From: an uncultured Chthonomonadaceae bacterium
Lineage (GTDB): Bacteria > Armatimonadota > Chthonomonadetes > Chthonomonadales > Chthonomonadaceae
Direction: 5' to 3'
Length of the DNA stretch: 64,000 nucleotides
Assembly: GCA_963835065.1 (NCBI GenBank)
Contig: CAWIEK010000060.1
Location: forward strand, 64,001 to 128,000
The notes beneath the pieces were generated by a model. That model worked only from the letters and a program-made list of their open reading frames with translations, had not been told where the DNA came from and did no database searches. Positions 51,903-61,775 of the stretch are shown here, one piece after another (positions within the stretch are counted from its first letter, which is position 1; every line of letters begins with the position of its first letter). The translations under genes were made by a program, and so were the position numbers.

Positions 51903-52322
51903 AATCGTTTCCTTTATAGAGGTGTCGTTTGCGGCCAGACAGCGCCGAAAAGCAGAAAGGGCAGGGTGCAGGCACACAGCAATAGACGCTGCAGCCCCTC
52001 TATTAGTATAGCATAGCCGCCCTATAACATTACGGCCGGCGAAAATTTTTATCTGCAATTTTAATGAAAAATCTTCCGCGCTTTCCAAAAACCGGAGCCG
52101 CCTCTCTCTCAAATTTGACAAAAACTCCTGCAAGTTTATAAAGCAGGGCGTATGAAAAAGTAAAAACAGGTAATTAGAGCAAAACATGACGCTTACGCAA
52201 GCGAATACCTGTGGTATAATCGAATTACGGCTCGTTCGCGCCGCCAGACGGCGCAAGTATTTTGTTTTCCGCGCACTCTCCCGCTCACGTCAGCATAACC
52301 AAAACCAATCCTGATCACCACT

Positions 52323-54599
52323 ATGCAAGAAGAAAGTTCTAAAACATCCGACATTTCCCTGCGTGAATACCTTGACCTCCTGCAGCGCCGCAAAGGCATC
52401 CTGATCCAAACGTTTGTTTCGGTATTCGTGGTGGGCGTTGTTATCACCTTTATGACCAAGCCCCTGTACCGCACCAATGCGCGCGTACTGGTGGAAGGCA
52501 AGTCGTACTACGTGCAGCAGTTCGACCCTTCCAACCCGATGGGCAACCTGTTCAGCGCGGATGCCGGGCATGAAGTGGACACGCAGCTGGAAGTGATTCA
52601 GGGCGAAAAGGTGGTTGCCGATACCTACAAGGCGGCAGGCGTTCCCGTCGGCACGGTGAAATTGCAGGCCAAGCAATCCGGCACGACGGATGTCATTGAT
52701 GTCACGACGGAATCCCGCTCCCCGCTTTACGCGCAGTTGTTTGCCAACAAACTGCCCACCGTGTATCTCGATTATGTCACGGGCAACCGCCGAACCGAGA
52801 TTTCCAAAGCGCTGGATTTCGCCTCGAACCGGCTGGCGCAGGAAAATAAGGCGCTGACGCGGGCGGAAACCGATTTGCAGCATTTCCGCGAACGGTCGCA
52901 CGTTTCCGAAGTGACCGTCGAGCGCGAGAACCGCATTAAAACCAAGGTGGCGGCGGAAGACGACGCGCAAAAATCTGCCGCGCATGTCGCGGCTCTGGAA
53001 GCGCGGCTGACGATTTTACAGCGAACCGCCAAAACATTGCCCGATTTTGTGGATAATCCGACTGCGACAACCAACGCGCAAATCCAAAGTTTGAAGGATC
53101 AGATCGCCGGCCTGCAAACGCAGCGACAGGCGCTGCTGGTTCAATCTAAGCCTGCCAATGTCAAAGTGCAGGAAGTGGACGCGCAACTGGCGCACTTGCA
53201 GGAGCGCCTGGCTGCCGCGCCGGACATGACCACAACGGTACAACGCATCCCCAACCCCGCTATTCTTGCGAATGTGGAAAAAATCGCCGCCACGCAGACC
53301 GAGTTGGACGAGGAAAAGGCGCATCTGGCGAACGTTCGCCAGAACGCCAATCTGGATGCCAGCGGCCTGGATAAGTACGGCAATCTGGAACGGCAGCAGG
53401 TGCGAATGCAGCGCGAAATCGAGCGGCACCAAGCCGCTGTCAACACGCTCACCAAAAGCGTGGACGACCTGAGCCTGCGCAAAAGCGCCACGCATGATCC
53501 CGTCCTGCTGATTTCTCCCGCGCCCCTGGGCCAGCAAATCGCGCCCAAGCCGATGAACAACCTGCTGGCGGCGACCCTCATCGGCCTGATTTTGGGACTA
53601 TGTTTCGCGCTCCTGCAGGAGTTTTTGGACGACCGCATCAATACGCCCGAAGAAGCCAAGCGCATCTTTGGCGCGTCCGCACTGGGCTATATTCCCCTGG
53701 TGGAAGACGCGGACGCGCGGCTTTTGGCGCGAACCCGTAACGGCAATCTGCTGGAAACGTATCGCGTCCTGCGTTCCAACGTGATGTTTTCGGCTGTGGA
53801 CGCGCCGATTCGCTCCATTATGATTACCAGTACGATGCCGGGCGAAGGCAAGTCCATGACCGCCTTTAATCTGGCGGTGGCGATGGCGCTGGATGGACGG
53901 CGCGTGATTTTGGTGGATGCCGACCTGCGGCGACCTACCGCGCACAAACTGGTGGGCGTGGAGCGGCGTCCCGGCCTGACGAATGTGCTGGTAGGCGAGT
54001 TGGCGCTGGATGAAGCCCTGCAGGATACGGGCGTCCGTAACCTGCGCGTCCTGACGGCAGGGCCGCTGCCGCCCAATCCCGCCGAAATTTTGAACTCGCA
54101 GGCGATGCGGCAGGTGCATGCCACCCTGCGCGACCGCGCCGACGTGATCATTTATGATACGCCGCCGTGCCTGGCGACGGCGGACGCGCAGGTGGTTTCC
54201 GCCGATGTGGACGGCGTGTTGTACGTGGCGCAGTTCGGCGAAACCAAGAAATCGGCGATGCGCCGGTCGGCGGAACTGCTGCACCAGGCGCATGCCCGTA
54301 TCCTGGGCGTAGTTTTCAACAAAATTGACATCAGCGGCAAGCGCGACGACTACTATTATGGCTACTACCGCTACTACAACTACTACCAGCAGGAGGGCGA
54401 GGGCGAGGAGGGTGGCAGCCGCCGCCGGCTTTCCACGTCCGAGTTCGACCTGATGCAGCAGCGCCGGGAAGCGATGGAAACTTCCGAACACGCCAGCGCG
54501 GTTGCCCAGGACAGCCAGAACGGCACGGCAATGGCCGCGATACGCAGCGAAACCCTGCCTGCGCTGCCGGAAATGGGAAAAGAGGAGAAGGACGCATGA
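52323..54599 (+). CDS. wzc: Polysaccharide co-polymerase/tyrosine autokinase
   Basis: Wzz-like N-terminus, coiled coil, PGEGKS, VDADLRRP, YDTPP, Tyr cluster YYYGYYRYYNYY. Confidence 0.93.
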   Translation: MQEESSKTSDISLREYLDLLQRRKGILIQTFVSVFVVGVVITFMTKPLYRTNARVLVEGKSYYVQQFDPSNPMGNLFSADAGHEVDTQLEVIQGEKVVADTYKAAGVPVGTVKLQAKQSGTTDVIDVTTESRSPLYAQLFANKLPTVYLDYVTGNRRTEISKALDFASNRLAQENKALTRAETDLQHFRERSHVSEVTVERENRIKTKVAAEDDAQKSAAHVAALEARLTILQRTAKTLPDFVDNPTATTNAQIQSLKDQIAGLQTQRQALLVQSKPANVKVQEVDAQLAHLQERLAAAPDMTTTVQRIPNPAILANVEKIAATQTELDEEKAHLANVRQNANLDASGLDKYGNLERQQVRMQREIERHQAAVNTLTKSVDDLSLRKSATHDPVLLISPAPLGQQIAPKPMNNLLAATLIGLILGLCFALLQEFLDDRINTPEEAKRIFGASALGYIPLVEDADARLLARTRNGNLLETYRVLRSNVMFSAVDAPIRSIMITSTMPGEGKSMTAFNLAVAMALDGRRVILVDADLRRPTAHKLVGVERRPGLTNVLVGELALDEALQDTGVRNLRVLTAGPLPPNPAEILNSQAMRQVHATLRDRADVIIYDTPPCLATADAQVVSADVDGVLYVAQFGETKKSAMRRSAELLHQAHARILGVVFNKIDISGKRDDYYYGYYRYYNYYQQEGEGEEGGSRRRLSTSEFDLMQQRREAMETSEHASAVAQDSQNGTAMAAIRSETLPALPEMGKEEKDA

Positions 54600-55855
54600 G
54601 ATTGAGAGCGCGTTTCGCCGCTTCCGGCTGCATCCTCGCGCTGGGATTGTGCGCAGGGGTTTTGCCGGGAAAGAATGTAAGCGCGCAGGGAGCGGTTCCC
54701 CCCGCCAAAGCGCAGCCTGCCCCTGCCGCTGCCGGGGCGCAAGCGCCCGCTGCGGCCCCTGCCGCCGACCGCGCCGCCCAGGAGTTTACGCTGGGGGCGG
54801 ACGACGTAATTGAAGTGACCGTCCGCGACCATGTGGAATTGGACCATACGCTGACGATCCTGCCGGACGGCAAAATCGCTTATCCCACCGTGGGCGAAAT
54901 GCAGGCGGCGGGTAAAACCCCTCGCGCCCTTGCCGCCGAAATCCAGGCCGAACTGGAAATCACGCTGAACAACATCCATGTGACCGTGACCGTGAAGGAG
55001 GTCCATTCCCGGCGCGTACGCATCGTGGGCGCGGTCAGAGCGCCCGGCGGCTTTGATTTGAAGCGCGACTGGCGCGTGTTCGACCTCATTGCGGCGGCGG
55101 GTGGCTTGAGCGCCAAACCGGAGCAGGTCACGGCCCGTATCATTCGCGGCGGCGCGCTGGTTCCGGTGAACGTGCCCGAAGCGATGCATGCGCCACAGGG
55201 CAGCGCAAATCTTTTGCTGGAGCGCGATGACCTGATGCTGCTGGATGAGCAGCCTGTGGTGAAACGGCAGGCGCAGGTCGTCGGCCAGGTTGCCAGGCCC
55301 AGCCTGTACGATCTCGAACCCGATGCCACGCTGCTGCAGGTGCTGGCGCAGGCGGGCAATCCCACGGACAAAGCCGCGCTATCGCGCGCTTACGTGCTGC
55401 GCGACGGAACGCAAATTCCCGTCAACTTGTACACCTTCCTGGCGGAAGGCAAGCCGGACGACAGCGTGACCAAGTTCCGCATGCAGGCGGGCGATGTGGT
55501 TTTCATTCCCGCCCAGGAAGCGCGCTTCAGCGTTCAGGGGCAAGTAGGCAAGCCGGCATTTTACCCGTATCCCGAAAAAGGCAAAGTGACGGTATTGGAT
55601 GCTTTGAATGAGGCCGGCGGCGCGGCCAACGGCGACCTGAGCAAAGCGGCCATTATTCGCATGACGGACGGCAAGTACGCGGCGACGCCCATTAACATTG
55701 ACCAGATGCTCAAAAAAGGCGATTTGACGAAGAACACGGTTCTCCAGCCCGGCGATATGCTGTACGTGCCCGCGCGCTCGTCGCGCCGGGGTGTCGGGTT
55801 CCAGGACGTGCTGGCTCCCCTCTCGCTTTTGGGATTGCTGGGCATCCGCTTGTAA
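54596..55855 (+). CDS. wza: Polysaccharide export protein with SLBB domains
   Basis: LGADDVIEV, PDGKIAYP, three GxV..P SLBB repeats. Confidence 0.88.
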   Translation: MRLRARFAASGCILALGLCAGVLPGKNVSAQGAVPPAKAQPAPAAAGAQAPAAAPAADRAAQEFTLGADDVIEVTVRDHVELDHTLTILPDGKIAYPTVGEMQAAGKTPRALAAEIQAELEITLNNIHVTVTVKEVHSRRVRIVGAVRAPGGFDLKRDWRVFDLIAAAGGLSAKPEQVTARIIRGGALVPVNVPEAMHAPQGSANLLLERDDLMLLDEQPVVKRQAQVVGQVARPSLYDLEPDATLLQVLAQAGNPTDKAALSRAYVLRDGTQIPVNLYTFLAEGKPDDSVTKFRMQAGDVVFIPAQEARFSVQGQVGKPAFYPYPEKGKVTVLDALNEAGGAANGDLSKAAIIRMTDGKYAATPINIDQMLKKGDLTKNTVLQPGDMLYVPARSSRRGVGFQDVLAPLSLLGLLGIRL

Positions 55856-55975
55856 CCGCAAGCAAGCACTCCTGCCGGGCGTGACACGGAAATTTCAGGT
55901 TCCCGGCAGCCGCCAACAAAGATTTATTCCTTTCTCAACAAAAACTTTTCAAAAACATGCAAGAAACACGCACTT

Positions 55976-55991
55976 TGGCATGAATCTTGCA
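55976..55991 (+). promoter_or_regulatory. Sigma54 (-24/-12) promoter
   Basis: TGGCATGAATCTTGCA, exact GG-N10-GC spacing, in the intergenic region before the O-antigen ligase-like gene. Confidence 0.6.
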
Positions 55992-56324
55992 ACATACCCC
56001 TATGTGCGCGCCAATACTTCGGCTTTTCATCGGCATGGCTGTTGATTTGCCTGGATACGGCTGTTTCGCATAGATATGATTTTCTTGGATTTTTCTAACG
56101 ACGGTTTTCTCCCGCAGGCGCTGTTACCGGCGCTTGTCGGATTTACCCTATAGGTTTTCGGAGCCGACCGGAAGCCGATGCTGTGCTGTTTGCGGCATTT
56201 TCTTCGGCGACTTTCACTTTGTCGGCAGATGTGTAAGGCACTGTCGGCGCGTTCCGATGGCAGCGGTTTGGCCGGATGTGTAAGGCACCGGCGAAACCCT
56301 ACAGGGAACAGAAAGGGCTTTAAC

Positions 56325-58061
56325 ATGCCAAAATCAAACTCCTGGTGGGAGCAGGCGGTGCAAAACCGACTGGTAGCCGCAGTGCTGGCTATGGTCGTAG
56401 TGATGCCGCTTGTCGCCTTGCCTGCCGAAATGCGCCGCTCCGGCTCGGCGGCTCTGGTCTTCGAGGGTTTTGCCATCCTGCTGATGGCGACCCTGCTGTG
56501 GCGTTCCCAGTGGAACCTGGACAAGGAGCGCGTAACCGCGTTTCTGAAAACCGGCGTCAACCTCCCGGTGATGGCGCTGCTGTGCCTTGCGATTGTGTCG
56601 TGCATCCGTTCTCCGCATAAAATCTACAGCGCGCAGGAAACCCTGCGTTTGGGCGCGGGCGTCCTGCTGTACCTGGTGATTTCGTATCAGTTCCGGCGCT
56701 CCGAATACCTTGCCAAACTGATAGACGTGTTGGTGTTTGTGGCGCTGGCGGCCTCGCTGCTGGGATTTGCGCAGTTCGCGAGCAATTCAACCATTTATGC
56801 GACCGGCATGTTCAACGACCACCAATTGTTCGGCTCGTTTCTGATGCTGCTGCTGCCGATGGTGGCGATCACGGCGATCACGGAAACCAAGACCAATCGG
56901 CAGCTTGCCGCGCAGGTGGCGACGATTTTGACGGCGGCCTGCCTGCTGCTGACGCACACGCGCAGCGCATGGATCGGCGGCGCGGCGGGATTGGTCGCGC
57001 TGGGCTTGCTGGCCGCCTACTCTCTTTCGCGACAAGCGCGCATTGGGCCGCGCAAGCATGCGTGGGTCATGCCCGTGATGCTGCTGTTTGTGGCGGGCGG
57101 GTTCTTCCTGATGGTATCGCCGGATACGGGTTCCATCATGGAGCGCGCGGGCACATTGACGCAGGTCGGCAAGGAAGCCGGCTGGCAGTACCGCCAGAAC
57201 AAGGCGCGCGGCTCCCTGGATATGGTGCGGGCGCGTCCGCTGACGGGCTGGGGCATCGGTTTGTACCCCTACTATCAGCGCCAGTTTACCGGTTCGGGCA
57301 CGGCGCTGTCCGGCGCAATGATGAAGCCCTTCCTGAATGAAGAGGCGCACAATCTGTATCTGCAAACGGCTGCCGAATTGGGTATTCCCGGACTGGTGTT
57401 GCTGGTCAGCATCATAATCATGTTTTTAGGGATGGGCATGGCGCGGTTGCGCAGCATGGAAGTCGGCTTGCGGCGCAATCTGCTGTTGGGTTCCATGGCT
57501 TCGCTGGTGGCCTTTGCGATAGACGCGGCGGGCAGCCCGGCATGGCAGTTGGGACAGAACTCGATGTTTCTGTGGCTGGTTCTCGGCATCGGCGTATCGT
57601 GCCTGCGTCCCAAGCCAAAAGCCAGCGAGGATACGGTTCAGCATTTCGTGCCGCAACTGGTATCGCGTCCCATGATCGCCCTGGCTTCTGTGGGATTGCT
57701 GGCCGTCATGCTGCCGACCCTTGTCGTAGCAAGCATAGGCGAGTACAAGCAGTTGGAATATGTGACCATCGTGCCAAGCCAGGCGAACCTGCGCGGCGGT
57801 TTCCAGAACCAGGCGTTTCGGCTCATCGCGACGTTCGGAAACCCCAGTCGTCCTCAAGACGGCTCGGTTGACCAGGACGTGACTTCCATGTCTACGTTTG
57901 TGAAGATGAACGGCGCGGGCGTCATCATCAACAACAACGTCTATAAGTCCGCCTTCCGCGAACGCGACCTGCCGACGGTGACGGGCACGTACACGGAAAG
58001 CAACTCCTTCCAGAATAATCAAAGCGGATCGGACACGGCGCAGTTGCGGGTCACGCCGTAA
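56325..58061 (+). CDS. O-antigen ligase/Wzy-like membrane protein with extra C-terminal beta domain
   Basis: Multiple TMs, THTRSAWIG, PLTGWGIG, AHNLYLQTAAELGIPG. Confidence 0.88.
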   Translation: MPKSNSWWEQAVQNRLVAAVLAMVVVMPLVALPAEMRRSGSAALVFEGFAILLMATLLWRSQWNLDKERVTAFLKTGVNLPVMALLCLAIVSCIRSPHKIYSAQETLRLGAGVLLYLVISYQFRRSEYLAKLIDVLVFVALAASLLGFAQFASNSTIYATGMFNDHQLFGSFLMLLLPMVAITAITETKTNRQLAAQVATILTAACLLLTHTRSAWIGGAAGLVALGLLAAYSLSRQARIGPRKHAWVMPVMLLFVAGGFFLMVSPDTGSIMERAGTLTQVGKEAGWQYRQNKARGSLDMVRARPLTGWGIGLYPYYQRQFTGSGTALSGAMMKPFLNEEAHNLYLQTAAELGIPGLVLLVSIIIMFLGMGMARLRSMEVGLRRNLLLGSMASLVAFAIDAAGSPAWQLGQNSMFLWLVLGIGVSCLRPKPKASEDTVQHFVPQLVSRPMIALASVGLLAVMLPTLVVASIGEYKQLEYVTIVPSQANLRGGFQNQAFRLIATFGNPSRPQDGSVDQDVTSMSTFVKMNGAGVIINNNVYKSAFRERDLPTVTGTYTESNSFQNNQSGSDTAQLRVTP

Positions 58062-58083
58062 GCCGAGTGGCTTGAGATCGGTT

Positions 58084-58119
58084 TTTGCGCCGACAGTTTT
58101 CCGCGTCTGTCGGCGCAAA
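58084..58119 (+). terminator. Hairpin terminator
   Basis: TTTGCGCCGACAG / CTGTCGGCGCAAA 13-bp stem after the stop. Confidence 0.7.
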
Positions 58120-58166
58120 CCTCATGTGTGAATTTGACAAAGCATGGCGTTGAACGTAAAAAACAT

Positions 58167-58196
58167 TTGACAGAGCTGCTCCAAATTATGTATACT
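58167..58196 (+). promoter_or_regulatory. Sigma70-like promoter
   Basis: TTGACA-N18-TATACT upstream of the GT4 gene. Confidence 0.55.
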
Positions 58197-58386
58197 GGTA
58201 CAGATAAATACTTATCTACGGATTAGTTTGCTTCGCAATTGTTGAGCCTCAAACGTAAACTGTGGCGCTTTCATGCGGCTTACCGCCCTTTTCCTTTGCT
58301 GCCGTTCTCGCTTCTCCCATTTGAAATTTGCTTTGTGAAGTTTGCTTTGCAAAGTTTTCTTTAACGCAGATTTTACGCGAGTAAAG

Positions 58387-59562
58387 ATGATGAAAATTGC
58401 CATTGTACACGACTTTCTAATGCAGATGGGTGGGGCGGAAAAGGTCGTCGAGGTTCTCCACGACATGTACCCGGACGCGCCTGTCTACACGTCGGCGTAT
58501 GACGCGAAGGCAATGCCATCCGCCTACCGGCAATGGGATATTCGCACCAGTTTTCTGCAAAACCTGCTGATGAAGCGGCACACGCACCGCATGGCGCTGC
58601 TGCTGTATCCCATCGCTTTTGAAGGCTTCGATTTATCCCCCTATGATGTGGTAATCAGTTCCTCGTCGGCGTTTGCCAAGGGCGTCATCACGCAGCCGCA
58701 CACGCAGCATATCTGCTACACGCACACGCCCATGCGCTATGCGTGGACGACGCGCTCCTATATGCAGAATGAGCGGATGTCGCGGATGCTGCGCGGGATG
58801 CTGCAGCCGGGTACGCACTATCTGCGGATGTGGGACTCGCTGGCGACGAACCGCGTGGATCAACTGGTCGCCAATTCGAGCGCGGTGGCGCGGCGCATCA
58901 AAAAGTTTTATCGCCGGGACAGCGTGACCATTCATCCGCCCGTAAACACGCAGCGTTTTCAGTTGTCGGAAGACCGGGGAAACTATTATATTATAGTGTC
59001 GCGCTTTGTTCCCTACAAGCGCCTGGATCTGGCGGTGGAAGCGTTTACGCGCATGGGCAGGCCGCTCAAGGTGGTTGGCACGGGCCGTCAGTTGAAGAGT
59101 TTGCAGGAGCGGGCGGGCAGCAATGTGGAATTTTTGGGGCATGTCAGCGATGCGGATTTGCCGATGCTGATGGCGCAGGCGCGGGGCTTTATCATGCCGG
59201 GCGAAGAGGATTTCGGCATCGCGCCTGTGGAAGCCAATGCCTGCGGCGTTCCCGTGATCGCGTATGCGGCAGGCGGGGCGCTGGACTCGCAGCGGGATGG
59301 CGTAACGGGCTTTTTGTTCCCGGAGCAGACGGTAGACTCGCTGTGCGAAGCGGTGGAAAAGGCGGAGCGAACGCGCTTCGATCCGATTGCGATCCGCAAC
59401 CACGCGCGCCGTTTTGATACAAGCGTGTTCCGCCGCGAAATCGCCTGCCTGGTGAATAAATCCCTGCATGGGGCAGGAAACGGTTCTTTGGAGTCCTCTC
59501 CCTCCGACGGGGCGTTGCCGTCCGATGTGGAGCATGACCGGGCGGTAGCGATGATTGGTTGA
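58387..59562 (+). CDS. Glycosyltransferase family 4
   Basis: KIAIVHDFL..GGAEKV, YTHTPMRYAW, EEDFGIAPVEANACG. Confidence 0.93.
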   Translation: MMKIAIVHDFLMQMGGAEKVVEVLHDMYPDAPVYTSAYDAKAMPSAYRQWDIRTSFLQNLLMKRHTHRMALLLYPIAFEGFDLSPYDVVISSSSAFAKGVITQPHTQHICYTHTPMRYAWTTRSYMQNERMSRMLRGMLQPGTHYLRMWDSLATNRVDQLVANSSAVARRIKKFYRRDSVTIHPPVNTQRFQLSEDRGNYYIIVSRFVPYKRLDLAVEAFTRMGRPLKVVGTGRQLKSLQERAGSNVEFLGHVSDADLPMLMAQARGFIMPGEEDFGIAPVEANACGVPVIAYAAGGALDSQRDGVTGFLFPEQTVDSLCEAVEKAERTRFDPIAIRNHARRFDTSVFRREIACLVNKSLHGAGNGSLESSPSDGALPSDVEHDRAVAMIG

Positions 59563-59637
59563 AGTGTAGTTGATAGTTCAAGCATCGGCGCGTCTTTGCG
59601 TTTGTGCGGCAGATTTGTGTAGAATTATACGGGAAGC

Positions 59638-60528
59638 GTGAGCAAGGTTATTTTGGAACCGGTATTACAGGCGGATAATTTGCGGGCGGAACCATTGGTA
59701 GAGGCGGAAAAACCGTTTTTGCTGATTACGCCGAGCAAGGGTTGGGCGGCGCTGAACCTGCGCGAATTGTGGCAGTTCCGCGATCTGCTGACGACGCTGG
59801 CGGCACGGGACGTAAAACTGCGCTACCGGCAAACGGCGTTGGGCGCGGTATGGGTCATTTTGCAGCCTCTGATGGCGGCGGGCATCTTCTCGGTGGTCTT
59901 CGGCAAAGTCGCCAAACTCCCCAGTGACGGCCTGCACTATTTCCTGTTCGCGTATGCGGGTCTGCTCGGCTGGAACGTGTTCAGCAGCACGTTAGGCAAG
60001 GTGAGCGGCTGTCTGGTCGGCAACGCGCATCTGGTGTCGAAAGTGTTCTTCCCGCGCCTGGTGCTGCCGCTTGCGACCGTGTTTTCGACGCTGGTGGACT
60101 TCGGGGTGGCGCTGGCGATGCTGGTTGTGCTGATGGTAATCTACCATGTGGTTCCGACGTTGGGATTGCTGCTGCTTCCCCTGTGGGTGCTGCTGACGCT
60201 GCTGCTGGCGATGGGCATCGGCCTGTGCGCTTCGGCCCTGATGGTGACGTACCGGGATGTGGGGTACGTGCTGCCGGTTGTGACGCAGTTTCTGCTGTAC
60301 GGCAGTCCCGTCGCGTATGCGCTGTCGGCGGTTCCGAAGGATTGGAAGATGGTTTACCTGCTGAATCCCCTGTCCGTGCTGCTGGAAGGCTTTCGCTGGT
60401 CGCTGCTCGGACGCGGAACCGTGAGCGCGCAGGGCGTGGCGTATGCGGCAGCGGTGTCCATCCTGGCGTTCCTGGGCGGCGCGTTCGCGTTCAAGCGCAT
60501 GGAGCGGAAATTCGCCGACGTCATTTAG
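59638..60528 (+). CDS. wzm: ABC-2 polysaccharide export permease
   Basis: RDVKLRYRQTALG..W..LQPL, KVFFPR, YRDV, LNPL, FADVI. Confidence 0.93.
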   Translation: MSKVILEPVLQADNLRAEPLVEAEKPFLLITPSKGWAALNLRELWQFRDLLTTLAARDVKLRYRQTALGAVWVILQPLMAAGIFSVVFGKVAKLPSDGLHYFLFAYAGLLGWNVFSSTLGKVSGCLVGNAHLVSKVFFPRLVLPLATVFSTLVDFGVALAMLVVLMVIYHVVPTLGLLLLPLWVLLTLLLAMGIGLCASALMVTYRDVGYVLPVVTQFLLYGSPVAYALSAVPKDWKMVYLLNPLSVLLEGFRWSLLGRGTVSAQGVAYAAAVSILAFLGGAFAFKRMERKFADVI

Positions 60529-60534
60529 GCAACA

Positions 60535-61737
60535 GTGGGACAATCAATCGTGCAAACCACGCAGCCCGATGCTCAACCCGTTCCAACCAACCAGGTTTAC
60601 CGCCTGCTGAATGTGTGCCGGGGGATTGCGGCACTGAGCGTGGTTGTGTTCCATACGATCGTGATACTGGTCAATCGCTTTCCTGACCTGCGCCATTTTC
60701 CGCTTTATGTGATCGGCGCGTTCGGTTTTCTTGGCGTACAGATGTTTTTTGTGGTCAGCGGCTATTGTATTGCTGCGGCTGCCGCCACAACGCTGACGCG
60801 GGGTGATAGCACAGGCAACTTTCTTTTGGCGCGGGCGCGGCGTATCTTTCCGGCGTACTGGTGTTCGCTGGCGTTTTACATACCCGCCGCCCTGCTCATG
60901 GCGTTTATGGTGGCGCATGGCCGTGTCCATTCCAGCGGCATGGCGGACGTGGATATTGTCCATCAGCGCATCGGGTTCTACCTGGCGCATCTGGCCCTGC
61001 TGCAAGAGGGGCTGCGTTACCCGGCCCTGAGCGTGGTATACTGGACTCTGTGTTATGAAGCCGCCTTTTACGTATTGGTGGCCGTGTGCCTAGCGATTGC
61101 GCAGCGTTTTGGAAGGGTTCGCGTCCTTCTCTCCTGTGCCCATGTGCTGACGGTTGTGACGCTGCTGCTGCCGTGGATCGCGCCCCGCTGGTGGGCTTAT
61201 CCATTGGATATGTGGGCGCAGTTCGGGTTGGGAATTCTGGTTTATGATTTGCTTGCCAACCCGCAGCAGAACGCGCCGAAAGCATGGGCTGTGGTAATTG
61301 CGGCGCAGATTGCCGGGCTGATCGGGGCGCATCGTATCGCGGGGATTATCGCGCCGCAGTCCAACGAATTGACGTATGCGGTCAGCCTGGGCATCGCCGC
61401 CCTGCTGTGGTTCCTGCATCGCTACGACGCCTGCCTGAGCGCGACAAAGCCCGCGCGCCTGCTGGCGGCAACGGGCCTATTTTCGTACAGCCTGTACCTG
61501 ATCCATTTTCTGTTTCTCGGCTTTATCAGTCAGGGGATCGCGCTGCTACATCTTCCGGTCGGACTGCATCTGCTCTGGTTTGCGGGCGCGATTGGATTGG
61601 CGATAGCGTCCGGGCGCATGTTCTATAAGTTCTGCGAACAGCCGTTTACGCAGCGTAAGCGCGCGCTTCCGGGCGTGGAGACTGCCGAAGCGCTGGCATT
61701 GCAAAGAGCCAGAGCAGACGGATACGTTCGTTTGTGA
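60535..61737 (+). CDS. Acyltransferase family 3
   Basis: RGIAALSVVVFH, FFVVSGY, RRIFPAY, WTLCYE, SYSLYLIH, EQP. Confidence 0.9.
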   Translation: MGQSIVQTTQPDAQPVPTNQVYRLLNVCRGIAALSVVVFHTIVILVNRFPDLRHFPLYVIGAFGFLGVQMFFVVSGYCIAAAAATTLTRGDSTGNFLLARARRIFPAYWCSLAFYIPAALLMAFMVAHGRVHSSGMADVDIVHQRIGFYLAHLALLQEGLRYPALSVVYWTLCYEAAFYVLVAVCLAIAQRFGRVRVLLSCAHVLTVVTLLLPWIAPRWWAYPLDMWAQFGLGILVYDLLANPQQNAPKAWAVVIAAQIAGLIGAHRIAGIIAPQSNELTYAVSLGIAALLWFLHRYDACLSATKPARLLAATGLFSYSLYLIHFLFLGFISQGIALLHLPVGLHLLWFAGAIGLAIASGRMFYKFCEQPFTQRKRALPGVETAEALALQRARADGYVRL

Positions 61738-61775
61738 AGCGCCAAAAGGTTTTCGACTGCTTGTAAGGATGTTCT

